Below, piece after piece: positions 45,813-60,293 of a stretch of DNA of 64,000 bases. How positions within the stretch are numbered: position 1 is the first letter of the stretch; every line of letters begins with the position of its first letter. Made by a program: the position numbers and the translations under genes. Location: assembly GCF_964355755.1 (NCBI RefSeq), contig NC_092670.1, positions 16,106,795-16,170,794 on the forward strand, given 5' to 3'. The stretch comes from Antedon mediterranea. Taxonomy: Eukaryota; Animalia; Echinodermata. Under the pieces are notes generated by a model. The model did not search any database and had not been told where the DNA came from. It worked only from the letters and a program-made list of their open reading frames with translations.

Positions 45813-48800
45813 CTCCGACATTTGCAGTCAAATCAAGTTCTTGGCGAAATCAATTCATAATCACATGCAATTGAACAATTCCAATATCAATTTAATGTAT
45901 ATATTTATGAAAGTGTTATCAGTTCTCGCTAATTCTTGACACGATATACCCTCCAGCTATTTTCTCTTAAAACATTCATTTTCTTAAATCGTCTACGCTA
46001 TTTACTTAATCGGATGATGAATGGGTAAGCCTAAGATAGTCGGATCAACGCGATGCGATATTTAATTTCACGGGACAGAAGCCTTCAAAAGCCGTCTAGA
46101 AAATTATCAAATGAATATTACATGGGGGCCTGCGATGGATGACAGTCGATTTAATTACAATATCACGTGACATGTTTCACACAGTTTGAATTTTTGAGAG
46201 ACATGAAGAGCCATTGTATAATGATTGTCTGCCTGTCAAACTATTCGGATTTTGTATCGATTAAAAGCCCAGGATGCGTGAAGCATATTTTCATGTTTAT
46301 TGTACGTTATGATTTACAAACAAGAAAAGTAAATAATTATATATAGTTGATGATTTTCATGCTTTTATTGTTTATAACATTCTTCAGTTAGTTCCCTTAC
46401 CTCCCTCTAATCACAAATATCGCCACCGAAACAGGCCTACAATATCTAACGCGTTTTAAAACCATTACCGATGCGTTTAGTGTAAACGCATTTAAAACTT
46501 CGTTTAAACGCATTGGTAATGGTTGGCCTTGTAACTGATGACTTAATAATTCTCTCCAATAATAATTAAAAACAACAATTTAGACATTGATCGATAACCA
46601 ATCTAAAATTTACGTTGTTTGTTCTTTCAAATTATTAAAATTATTAAAATTGCAATAGATTAAAAAAATAAAGAAATTCAATGAATGTACAAATGAACAA
46701 ATATATAAAAAAATAATCTCAATCGTTATTATAATAATTGGTTTGCGAATGTTATTAGAAAACGAAAGAGAATATTTTGAGACTAACGCAATTATGTTAT
46801 AAAAGCTTCTAAGACTTAATACGATTACATATTTTAATGAAATTCATTAAAAACTATTTTGATAAGATTTGTTCCAGTATGGTTAAAACATGACGCTGTT
46901 GGTTCATGTTTCTTTGTTTTAATAATTGCATTATCACTAAGTTCACATTATCGACATTGCTGCACGTCTTTTCACAACCTAATCCTTCTGTCTGTCTTAC
47001 ATATCCTTCAGTCTATTTCGGACTTAATGCTCCAAGATGAAACTAAGAAAAATAATACACAATACTAAAGTTAGATCGAAGGTCAGATTTATCATTTCTT
47101 AGAAAACAAATCATCTTTATACTTTGACAATGAAAACTGAAATTCTCATTTTGCTAATGTGGCTTATATAATATTTACTTCAGTAACATCATTTATTACT
47201 GCAGTAATCGATTCTTGGAGCAATCTGTACTGTAGTAATCATCAAGAACCGGCTGATCCAAGATTGGTCGATATGTTTCGTTGACATTACTGTGCTAATG
47301 GAATACACTCATGTAACTTTCTGTTTGCGTCAGTTGCTGTAGAAAACTTATTGCGTATACACCGCTGTGATGGCGCTAGTTACTCTTCATATGGCTCTGT
47401 TCGTTATGCATCGTTAATTAATGGTTACGCGTAATAAATCAATCATGCATAACGAACAGATACGGTATAGATGTGATTCCAATTGTTTATTGCGCGTACC
47501 GGTTGATCGGCGTATGTAACAGACCATCGTTGTAAATAAACTTGCTATTATACTTATTTACTTGTGATTTATTTATTTGTACAGTACTTGACGTGAGAAT
47601 ACTTTAAACTAAAAAATAAATAAAGTAAACCTATCCACGGTGTGAAAGATTGATCGATATTTTCCAATTCTAGTTGAGTGACACAGCATAATATATTCTG
47701 CAGTGTGTTATCATTAAAAAACACATAATTCAGTAAATGTAACTCAATTATTTTTGAATTATGCTGTAGTTTTTTTAGAAATACTAAATGAATATTTTAA
47801 AACTAGTCTTGGGCATTTAGTTCTTAGGATGGCCGCAGGCACGAATACTTAATACAATGTACGGTACCAACATTATAAAAGAGAGGTGTTATTGAGCATA
47901 AGACTTATTACTAGGATACACATGTCCATACTCATTAGTTAAAGTCAATTTATGGCACTATTTATTCAAATTAGAACGTTGGTAAATCGGTTAATGAAAA
48001 AGTAAATTAATGGATTCGTTTGTAAATAGAAAAAACTGTTAACCTGGATGACACTTTATAATAAGTGTTTTCTTTTTGTTATCTAAAACAGTTACATTAC
48101 ATTTCAAGGTAGAGTCATCAGTTAATAAACCTATTTGTTGCTACTTCATAAATTCATACTTTTTATGGCTGTGTATTGTCTCTTTGTTTGGTATCTGATG
48201 TGTAGATTTCAAAGTTTCCGGGTTCTTTAAAAACGAATCTTTAAAAATGGTTCAAATAATAAGGATCCGTATTAGTTAATAAATTAGAAAGTTGGTAAAC
48301 GGCTATACGGTTTACCAAACTCCTTGATAACACTTTAGTAGCGCGAGCCTTCAAAAAACTGATACGAATGTTATGCGCGCGTAAACTTCACGTGGTGGCG
48401 GAATGTGTGCATGTGATGTTCCTAACTTTAATTAATTGTAATTAATTGTTTGTTAGATAATACAGTATAAAATTTACCTATATATTTACTTTTGTCGCGC
48501 GCGCGTGTTCAAAACATGATAAAAGTATGTACGCGCGGAAACTTGCTGGCTCTTTCGTGATGGTGTGTCAGTGACGAAATGTCTGTATCTTGTGATTATC
48601 TACTAATAAATGATGTATTTCGTTTAATGCATATAGAATACCCTATACTATATTTAATAATTCCGTTCACTTGTCGTATGATATATTAGACTTCTTATTA
48701 TTCAATATTGTGAAGATGATTGTATTTCTGTCATATTTTTACCATTTATCTTTATGTCAAAATATACCGATTAAGCTCCCATTGCAAGATTCTGCTCTAA

Positions 48801-50846
48801 ATTTAGAAAATGTAGATTTTTTTTTGACAATTGTATTTTTTTAATCTAATTTTATCTAACTTGTTTAAGAATGTGTTAAAGTATGGAATAAAAGGATTGT
48901 TTAAACTAGATAGATGTGATAGCTTTTTTAATACCAACCTTTTAAAGGGACTCGACAGCACATTTTTAGGCACAAAATTCGTTACCGTTTTTGTGTTTTT
49001 TTTTTGTGATGTCACAGCAGACCATACCGGTACACTACTGTAAACATCAACCTATTAAACCTCTGTCTACACTACCAAACTAGTTTGACAAAAAAGTGTG
49101 ATGTGCCCAAATATGGTAGTAAAAGACATCATCATGTCCATATATGGTAACATCACATTTTGATAGTGTAGACAGCCTTAAACAGTAGAACAAAGTCAAA
49201 CTAAGCTTGATATTGATTACTGGTTACCTTAATTTGAGTTGTGACCCACCACATACTACTTTCAGAATTATTTACCTTCAGATTTTACCCTATATTTTTC
49301 TAGTTGTAACTGAGAAATGCGTGCACATCCTAAATGCCGATTTTTTACATTTTCGTTCTTGCCAATAAAGACGAAAGTGAATGTTGGTTATTTTGGATTA
49401 AAAGCTTTATTCGTCCAATTATGAATTTTATTTGTTGAAAGACCTTGTAACGATTTAAAAAACTAGCAATTTCCTTTGTTAAGTGCAACTTAGCAGATTA
49501 TAACTAATTAACAATATGACCTAATGCCTATAATAACAGATCATAACATTTAAAATAGTGTAGACCACCACAATTTTTCAGAGATTCACACTTTACATGT
49601 TGTGTACAAATACATCATCAATATATCTGTTTCTTAATTATTTAATTCATTGGAGTAAGAGCAGTTTTCTGTTTGGGCTCATGCCTACTTGCTCCTGGCA
49701 AGATGAAATGTAAAACGTACTTTTAAGAACTTTTACCGAATAAATATTATTATTATCATTATTATTGAAACCAAATTAATATTTATTTTGTGTACCCTAT
49801 AATTTATAGAAAGTTTAGCTACCGTTGTACTACAATTTTTCAGTTAGGCCTACAGGGTGTACGTCATAAAATGATAATGCACGCATGCGCACCTTGCAGG
49901 CGCTTGTTCAAACGATGATGATAGACTAAATGTACGCGGATTTAAACTTTGCCTTGTGCCTCGTATTGTCACTGAAAACTATTCCAAGCGGAACATTTCT
50001 TATTCAGTTTTATTTGTATCATTTTTGTAAACGACAGGAAGTAATTACGTCAGTTGGTAATTATACCGGTTGAACAGGTTAACGCGCGCGTAACTGATAA
50101 TTCGTTGACAATTTAGCATTTGAGTGTTCTGATTGGTTTAAATATCCATTAGATTTGTTTGTTTTCTAAATGTGTGAAATGGTGCCATTAATACTGTAAT
50201 ACACTCGGCAATTTAGAAATTAGCGTTTGCTAAATAACCACTCATTAAATAATGCAAAATGATTAGCGCTTCTACCATATTGTAGCGAGTTGAATTAGCT
50301 TAAGCTGTAATCGGCGACAATATCGTCACACCAATAGTAATCGGGTGTCTTTAAGTAGGCCTAACACAGCTGCGAACAGTTGTTCAAGACGCAGTTAGAC
50401 CTGGTCTTTCCCCGGGGAGTTTCAAGACTCTCGCGTCGTATGGGAGGCCTGAGAGAGGCTCACACATAAGGCTTTAGATGATCCGCTATCTAGTGAAAAT
50501 GGTGTTGTTATTGCTAACAGGCATCTATTTCTTGTATTAAATGTACGTGTTATATAGATACCATATAGCGAAAATGGATGTTGTAGGCTATGAATTGCTC
50601 GTAAAGGAAGACTTTTCCTCTCAACGAATCGTTCCGGTCAGAAAACAAATTGACTTGAATATTGTACGCTTGAGATTTCTTAAACTAATATCAACTCAAC
50701 AAACAAACAAATGGGAAACGGTTGTTGTCTGAAAAATATTAAGCTTAACAGTGTAATTATGTCACAATGTGTACTGTTTTTGATAAAACATAATTGCAGA
50801 GGCTGCCATCTTTCTTGAAATGGTTGTTACGTCCGAGTACCGTTAC

Positions 50847-51052
50847 CAGTGGCGTAACGGCTATGAGCGTTCATTGGCTAAACCCAGGGGCCCGGAGCTT
50901 ATGAGGCCCCATGAGCAGTGCCCAGAGGAAAAAAGCAGGCATTTACTCGTGCCGAAAAGGCTTAAAAACGCCCGAGGCCTCCAGCGTTGGAACTTGGAGG
51001 GCCACTTAGGTTTCTTAAACCAGGGGTCTCAGGCCTCTGCGTTACGCCACTG
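50847..51052. mobile_element. hAT-type MITE with perfect 8-bp target-site duplication
   Basis: ACCGTTAC|CAGTGGCGTAACG...CGTTACGCCACTG|ACCGTTAC. Confidence 0.88.
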
Positions 51053-51570
51053 ACCGTTACGTTAAACGTACGACGTAGAACATACGTATCGATACCTTAA
51101 CTGAAAAAAACACCAATCCAATGTCACCTTAATTGCATATACGCAGTGATAACCCAACATTTATGACTTACGAAGCTTCCTCGTGAACCCTGGTCAGCAA
51201 TGACGATATTAAAACAATTGAATTAACAGTATATACTTAATATATTTTCGTGTCGCTTCATTGAATTATTATTATTAATTATAAGCGTGAAAAGCATTTA
51301 CCATGTGTCTAATCTAGCTCCGCAATCATGTTTATTGATACCATTACTCTGAAGACTATTACACCTTGTTTATTAATGAAACATTGTATCAAAAACGTGC
51401 ACACACCATTGACGTTTTATGCGTTTTCCATGTGTTAGTAAGATTATTAATAAAACAATTGTTATTGATTACTTTAGAGTGACAGATTTGATTGGGAATT
51501 GGTAATCGATATAACAGTCAATGACAGGACGTACAATATAAACCGGACCATGACAAAGCGCCACACGAGA

Positions 51571-51692
51571 GGACGTCTTGAAGCTGACGTCCTGGAAGCC
51601 TTGAAGCTGACGTCCTGGGAGCCTTGTAGCTGACGTCCTGGACGTCTTGAAGCTGACGTCCTGGACGTCTTGAAGCTGACGTCCTGGACGTC
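51571..51692. repeat. ~23-bp minisatellite (GACGTCTTGAAGCTGACGTCCTG) x5
   Basis: Direct tandem units. Confidence 0.9.
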
Positions 51693-54410
51693 GTAGAGTT
51701 ACATCCGGGTATTATACGTACCTGGATGCGATCCGCCATTGTTGCAGGTAACTTTACATCTCACATTGTTACTGTCGTATATTTAATAAATTCAAAGACA
51801 AATTACTGAAAATAATGACAATGCTGTGGGTATCAGTGGCTGGATCTCAATGGAGATTACAAAATAAAATAAGCAAAAAGCTAAATCAAAACGATAAAGT
51901 AAAATAGCCATAAAAAGTAGCAGAGCATTCGAGCAAGTGAGAGTACTTAGAAAAAATAGATAGTATTAAGCAGACAAGCGCTGCCTGAGTGGACTGGAAT
52001 AAAGGAAATATAAACATATATTTAATATATATATATATATATAATATACTAATAATTAATCCAAAGGTAGCTGATATTATAGGTGTACTTCTTCGTGTCA
52101 ACAGTACACTCGACGGGTTAATAATATTTTACTGCTAATTTCAACTAAATATGTTTAAACACTCAGAATTATTTGATACCTTTTTATAGTTCAAAATACT
52201 TTTTCCTAAATAATAACCGTGAAACAGTTATTAAAGATAATGAATGAGAGGTTGTCATTTCAATTTAAAAGTTGGTCGCGTGGAACCCGAAAGACACGCG
52301 ACGTTATCAGTGATTGTCTATGGAAAGCCAAACATCACTTGCATTTCTCCATTTGGCGTGTCGTACTTAATAGGTACGGTCGTTTATAACGCAAGAAGTT
52401 TTCAAGTTGTAATATTTCATTCACATGGATACTATAGACTTTCTATGTCGGTTATTACAATATAGTTAACACTGTAGTAACATAGACTTAAGCTCTGTCT
52501 ACACTATCAAACTAGAAAAAGTGTGATGTGCCCAAATATGTTAGTGATATGACATCATCATATCCATAAATGAGCACATCACATGTGTTTGCCACATAAA
52601 GTTTGATAGTGTAGACAGAGCTTTATATCGATATTGCTGGAAACAATTACACACACACAAATATAGTGTAAACATCCATTTAGGCTCTGCAGTTTGACCC
52701 ATTATAAATTTATATCGTGTCTGCAAACTACAAAATAATATTTTATAGATAAAAACAATTACCAACCAAAGTAGAACACATATTATTGATTAAATTGTAT
52801 CAAAATCCGCTGAAATAGATTTAATTTCATAAATAACTTTGATAATGGACTAAGGGATAATTAATGAAATATCGATTAAATTAATCGATTAAATGAGGTG
52901 TGGTCGCTCAAGGCTATTATTCAATATTCCATCACGCTTGGCATGCACGGCACGGATGACATCACTCTTTTTTCGGTTGATCCTTCACTATATCTGCACA
53001 TTAGGAAATTAATTTACAAAAAGCTGATACTAAACTCTTCAATTATTCAAAATCAATTCGTTGTGTTGTTTTGTTTGTGTCCCGAGACATGCAGACTATA
53101 CCGTATTAATATTGTTGGCCTAGTCGGCCGGTCGCCTGTTCTCTGATCGGGAAAGACCAACGAAAAAAATAACCACTTTATACGACTTGTATTTGGTCCT
53201 CCCTGAAGACTAGCGCCAACTATTGTGTGCGTATTCCCTGGCGATCGTCTTCTATCAATTTGATAGCGTGTAAAAGGGCGAACATTCAACTAATAATGAT
53301 ACAAATTCACTTAGCCGGTTTATGTTGATTTATACGCGTAGGACACTATCAGTGATATTACCAGGGCGTCGCCAGCCCGCCCGTTCGCAAAGTACACTTG
53401 ATCCCGGCGCTTGCTGCGATACAATCACAACGTAAATAACCACTTATTGGAATCAATCGTGTTTACATAACCAATAGTTGGCTTAAGTTTAAAACGAATG
53501 TTGTAAATTTTGAAATAATATTAACATTAGCATGTAAGAGAGCGTTGACATGTAGTGTTTGTGACAAAAATCAGCAAATTAAATTTTATTAGGAAAAGAG
53601 TGACGAAAAAGTAATTATTCTGCCAGATTTTAAAGACATTTATCGCGAAAATATTATAAGACTGTGACAATGTTTACGTAATCTGCTTAAAATTGGTTTC
53701 CATTCTTGGACGCAACGCAACGACGTAGTAACTGCACAAGTGAGTTGACCAATGAAAAGAGACAGTTCAGATGATCCATGGCGTCGTGATTGGACGAAAT
53801 AATTTATGGTGCGCTTACGTCATTGTGTTGCGTCCAAGCCTATTTTAATTTTATCGCGATAATTAAATACTGCCAAAAGGAATATACAGTTGAGATGATT
53901 TCGAATAACAAAATGGAAGGCTTCGCATTGAGGTGTTTGTCTTTTGTTATTTAATCTCAAAATTGAATTTCCATTATTCAGCTATCTGTCTCATTATGAC
54001 GTGTTGTCGAGGATTTTCTCGAGAAGAATTGGTTGCCTTTGGTGGTGCGAGCATAGATAACGATCATATTTCATTGCGAGTTTGTTCATAGACCTATATC
54101 ATCGCTTTCATACGCCCTTAGACTTTTAAATATGTTAAAACTGAATATTTATCCGTTGCATTTTAAAATAAATTTTTCAAAGAAAGGTCCATATATCATT
54201 CCAGTTTAATCCAGTCTGCAAAAATAAATTAAATAATTGTCGCCCACTCTACTGAAGCTGATTGTCCATTTATCTCCATCGGAGATGTGTTATACCCATA
54301 TCGGCGCCGGAACGTTTTAATGCATATTCGCAATAAAACTCTTTATAGAACCGATACAAAACTATTAAGTGAATTTGTTATCTTAACGTTATGTATTTGT
54401 ATTTTCTTAT

Positions 54411-54634
54411 AGTTCTGTATACACTATCAAACTATAGTTTGACAAAAATGTGTGATATGCTAAATATGGTAGTGATATGCCTAAATATGGTAGTGATATG
54501 CCTAAATATGGTAGTGATATGCCTAATTATGGTAGTGATATGCCTAATTATGGTAGTGATATGACATCATCATGTCCACATATGGGCATATCACATTTTT
54601 TTATCACATAAAGTTGGATAGTGCAGACAGAGCT
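54411..54634. mobile_element. Family-A MITE with an internal 21-bp unit (GCCTAAATATGGTAGTGATAT) expanded to ~5 copies
   Basis: Family-A TIRs with tandem internal units at 54459..54561. Confidence 0.85.
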
Positions 54635-57600
54635 TTATATGATGTATGCTTAAACCATGGAGGTATAAAAAAGACTCCATGCTTAAACAAAAGAATAGTG
54701 CGTGAATTTTTTTCAGAGTAAGTTTTAGGTTGTACGATATAATTATACAAAGTATCTATTAATTAGACACAGCACAACGCACACTCGCTCACTCAGTATA
54801 GGTTAGTGCGTCGCAGGTCATTAGAAGTATAGGTCGAAGAAATACGTCATACAAAATACGTAGACGTCGAGCGTTTCGATAGAAACCACTTGTGCGGGAT
54901 TGCGGCACGTGTACGAACTTATAATTGTGTTCAGTGTTATTTTCCAAAAGCATAAGATTAAACTGTAATTAAATATGTGTATCATAGTCAAATTCTGTTG
55001 TTACCTAAAGCTATTGAGTGCATTTAAGCAAAATGTGTATGTTAGCTCAACGCCTATTTGACCCAAACGCATTTTCAACCATTGTCCGAACAGCAACGTG
55101 CATATTATTTTTAAAAGTCTATAGAACCGTACTGTATGTCATCCTGTTAGAAGTCAGTGTGCTTTTAAAAAAAACACAAGTGCAAATAAGTATCAATAAG
55201 GAAGGCGTTAGCCTTGGTAGTATTGTGATTAATGATATTGGATCTATACGATGTTTACGCTTAATTCGTCAGTTAATTTAATTGAACATGCACGAATATA
55301 CCCAGGAGGATGTATTATGGATATAGCTACAAACATCTCGTTAACCAACTAAAACACCGTATATATGATACGCGTGAAATAGATTAATTTTTCAAATTAA
55401 ACAGTGTTGAAAAAGCAGTTACCGTAATTGTAGCAAAATAGCCTAAAAGTACATTGAAAAAAATAATGTAACGATTACAAGAGAAAGTGTTAACAATATA
55501 TTTATTCATGAGTAACGAATTTGAACGATATCATCATGACATGTTTAATTATCATTGTCGTCGTGACTGTCATTCAATTCAGCTTTTATTTTCTTGGTTT
55601 TTCAAGATACTGTTTAAATGTAATGTATTCTTAAGCTCTGTCTACACTATCAAACTTTTATGTGACAAAAACTGTGATGTGCCCATATATGGTGATGTCA
55701 TATCACTACCATAATTGGGCATATCACTAAAATATTTTTTTTCACATCACACTTTTGTTTGTCGTCAAACTAGTTTGATAGCATAGGCAGAGCTTTAGAC
55801 ATCATCTATTTAAATATTATATTTTATATCTGTTTTTGCAAAAAAAATCTAATAAAATATAAAACAATTCTATTAAAGTATGATTTAAAAAAATACTGTA
55901 TGTACACAAATAGTAAGACACTGTTTAAAAAAAAAATTCTGACATCTGTGTTGAAAAAGCTGATTTACAGAAAACAATAAAAATGGATATATCTGGGGGT
56001 TTTTTTTGCATCTTAACTCCTCAAGTTACATTTAAAAAAATTAATTATAACATTTTATCATTGTCTGAACTTTTGACACCAAGAAATGCAAATATTACCT
56101 AACAAGAAAAGAAAAACAAAATTGAATTTCGCTGTGACGCACCCCAACGCTATCATGATTATACAATTCAATTAGAAGAAAGTGATATATCAGGGTATAT
56201 GGTAATTTTGCAAAAAAAATACCATTTAGAAATTGTTGAACATTATCTCCCTTCGTTCATCAGAGGAAACGTGTAACCATTGTTTGTATTAATAAATCCA
56301 TTTATCATAGGCTGACAGGCAATTGGGACGGTTTCAAACAATTAGCGGTTTCTATACATGGTTATACAATCTCTATGGACAAGTATGGGGTGCCGAACTG
56401 GTTATAAACAAGGCCAGTGTATCATCACCGTCCAATATTCGCGGGTAAACTATCAAAATGACGATGGAAGAGTTAGCATTCAAGGATGTTTATATAAATT
56501 ATGTTTTTGTCATATTTTTGTATCTGCATTAATATCAGAATTTTAATTCAATTTTCTTTTGTAAACAAGTCAAACAATTCATATACAGATACGGCGGCCA
56601 TTTTGCGCTGTTCCTCCCATGGAAATCTCTTCGTTGTCACCTAGTTGTCCGTCTAATTCTTACAGTATTTAATTTAATTTATATTTACATTTTATCATCA
56701 TTATTTGAATTGTATTTGAACTTGTAATCTGTATTTAATTTAAAATCTGAAAGAAATACATTTTGATTTAAATTTGAGTATATCTCAAATTATACTGGAA
56801 CGTGAAGTGGAAAAATAAAATACAAAATTTCTCTATGTTGGACGTCAATATGTCGTCTTCTTAACGCAGTTTGTAATATTATCATTCATCGCTGATTTAA
56901 TTATTATATTAACTGTTTGTAACGACTATTATCTGTATCGTCAGTAGCCCTTATTTCGATATTATTTACACCATATATGGTAAATCTGATTGTTGGCGGA
57001 TGAAGAAACATATTAATTTAAGAATAGCATTATTTGTAAAATTATTGCAATACAGTTCATAAAAATCGTAATAGACGTACATCGCGCCCTCTATAACGTC
57101 ACCGTCACCACTCGGACGCGTTCGTTCAAAACGTAAGCCTTGTCTACACTATAAACTTTATGTGACAAAAAAATGTGATGTGCCCATATATCAACATGAT
57201 GATGTCATATCACTACCATATTTGGGCCTATCACTTCCATATTTGGGCACATCACACTTTTTTTTATGGACAGAGCTTTAAACCGTCTTATCATGCATTG
57301 GCATTAGTGTTACATCTCTGTACAAGTAAGCGCGTACGTACCCAGACTTGATAAAAAAAAAATGTTATGGAAACAAAACACTCTGTAAAATTAATTCCGT
57401 TAGTAGTTTGATTTCAATTCCTGCACCAAATCATCAAAGCCTTATTTAGCTAATAGAATTTGTAGATTGCAAAAGTAATTAATATCAACTCATATGGCTC
57501 AGAATAAGACGTAGCAACAAAATCAACTTACATTATGACTATGTTGTTTGCCTTTTATAAGAAAATTGAAATGTGTAATTTCACTTTTCTCTGGCACGCA

Positions 57601-58266
57601 GCTGAAACAAAAAGGTATAGTGATAAATTCATTACACTGATGGTGAGTTCGAGTAGTAGCTAATGTAATTGGCCTGCAACAGCAATATTTCATCACGTTA
57701 TTAACTAGATTACCTTAATTCAATAACTAACAAATTATACAGCCAATCATTTGGCTTAATAGCAGTAGCTAATTCGGATTCACTTAAGAGCTGGTGGCTC
57801 AGGGTCGGCTAAACCCCTACCAAGGGTCGATACAAGCCTATAGTAGCCTGCTTGTGCCGCCACCGAAAGCCACTTGGATCCCCCTTCAATGTCAGAAAAA
57901 TGGAAATGTTAATCTATCAGATGATATCACAACTGGCATAATAGGCCTAACTGTACCATGGGAATGTCTATAGATGTTTTTATTTGTTGATGTCTGTTGT
58001 ACATTTAAATAATTAACATTTGTCTAATTAATGATAATCTCTACACGCGGACTTAATTGACAATGAAATCAAAATCATTTTCATACTAATTATAGGCATT
58101 ATCCATCAACGGCAAATCAGACAATCGATGGACAATATAAAAGTAGGAGTACATTCATAAACAATAAAGTTATGAATTATTATTTATATATATAATAGTA
58201 TGGACATTTGTAAACATTCGGCGTATTCACATTCCCGTCCTCAATTGGATTAGTAAAGGCATAGAG

Positions 58267-58301
<35 letters not shown>

Positions 58302-59859
58302 ATGGTGAAGGTAAGCAAAACTATAAATAAAAAGTTATTTTTTCCAACAACAATGAAGTTACGTCTTCATTTCAATATACCTCCAATTGGAGGTGGTCCT
58401 AAACAATTCATAAATTATTGGCATAGGGAATAATAAAAAAACAAGTGCTAAAAAATCTAAAAATAACACACACAACTAGGTCTAAAAATGGTGACACCTA
58501 ATAATTTAATAGATAATTTCTTCCTGATCAAAAAATTGTAATTAAAACCTTTGTGTGCATTTTTGTTACAATTTTATTTCTGAATCAGCTTCGTGTAATA
58601 CAAAACAAGAAATAGAATATACCGGCGAATCACAGCACACTGCTATACAATGCCGGCTATTTGAAACATTTTACAACGGTTAAACCCATGGGGAGTTCCC
58701 ATTGTCATCATTATGGATACGTTGCATTAACTCGGCCAGCAATAAAGCTTACCAGCTCCGCTACCAAAAACAAACTCGGAAAGCGTTAATATTTGGTATA
58801 CCTAATCCTACATAATACCCTTTACTGTTAGCTTAAACAACTAATAATAAAACGTACATATTATTATCTTTACGTTCTGAAGATGATAAATATTTTTTCT
58901 GATTGCATGATTTTTTGGATTGATTTATACAATAAGTCCAACTTGCAGAAATTCTCGTAAAACGTTTGTTTTCAAGATAAATTAAATTCTGAAACATGAA
59001 GCATTCGTTTTCCGTAGAGAATTAGAGAGAGTTCGTAATAACATGATAAAATTTGCAATGAAATTTAATCGCAGAAATAAAAATGACGATTCTCGAATCT
59101 ATTTAATGTGCGCGTCTTATTAATGAAAACCAAAACCACGTGTTACTAAATCAATAATTTCTTTTTATTTTTCATTATTGTTGAAAATAATAATAATGAT
59201 AATATATACAGTACCACACGTATCTAATCTATCAATAAAACAAAGGTACGGTATACATATAGTAATTAATTCAAATAGATTATAGATTTTACTTTTTTTT
59301 AGATACATAACTATAGTTTGCTACAAAAGTAACTTTGAATGAAGTTTTAATATTACTTCTCTTTATGCGCAGGCGGTAACAATTACAGTCCCTTTCGATC
59401 GATTCTAATTTGGTATAGCCTTTATGTATATGTCCCTTGTGTTAAATTAATGAAGTATTCAACACCTTAACATTTAATGATATATTCTATTAGTGCTTGT
59501 GCTTTTTTAATATAGTTTGTCTGTTGTGAATTTACTCGATCACCCAGACCTTACACTAATATTATAAGGTAGAACACTTACTATAGAAGACATCTATTTA
59601 AGTCGAAACCCATTTTACTGGAGACGTTCCTGCGCTACAAAAGGACACAGTATATTATGTCTTAACACTACGACCAACTCTATACAGGAGAGATCCATTA
59701 AGGGGACACGCTAATAGGATTAAAAATAAAACAATATCCAGCCTCTACCAGTATTTTACTGATTGATACAACAAAACTACTTTTAAGTCACTGTAGTTGG
59801 GATGTGAGGGGTAAAACTAACCTAATTGCCGCCCTCTCTGTGTCTAAAATAACTGGAGA

Positions 59860-60248
59860 TATCGTAACGGCAGCAGACGGTACATATCGTAACGGCAGCA
59901 GACGGTAGTCGTCGTAACTGCAGACGGTAGTCGTCGTAACTGCAGACGGTAGTCGTCGTAACGGTAGATTGTAGTCGTCGTAACTGCAGACGGTAGTCGT
60001 CGTAAGGGCAGACGGTAGTCGTCGTAACTGCAGACGGTAGTCGTCGTAACGGCAGACGGTAGTCGTCGTAACGGCAGACGGTAGTCGTCGTAACGGCAGA
60101 CAGTAAACGTCGTAACGGCAGACGGTAGTCGTCGTAACGGCAGACGGTAGTCGTCGTAACGGCAGACGGTAGTCGTCGTAACGGCAGACGGTAGTCGTCG
60201 TAACGGCAGACGGTAGTCGTCGTAACGGCAGACGGTAGTCGTCGTAAC
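59860..60248. repeat. 22-bp minisatellite (CAGACGGTAGTCGTCGTAACGG) x~17
   Basis: Direct tandem units with no spacers. The ORF shows a 22-aa period (three units). Confidence 0.97.
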
Positions 60249-60293
60249 TTTAGAACTTGTTGGTAGTTTACACAATTATACTTTGTAGCAATA

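Noticed and set aside
45644-45874. ORF with duplicated VLDE.NYQYSVPMRLV.PR peptide
   Set aside because: A by-product of a non-coding tandem duplication, with no splice or homology support.
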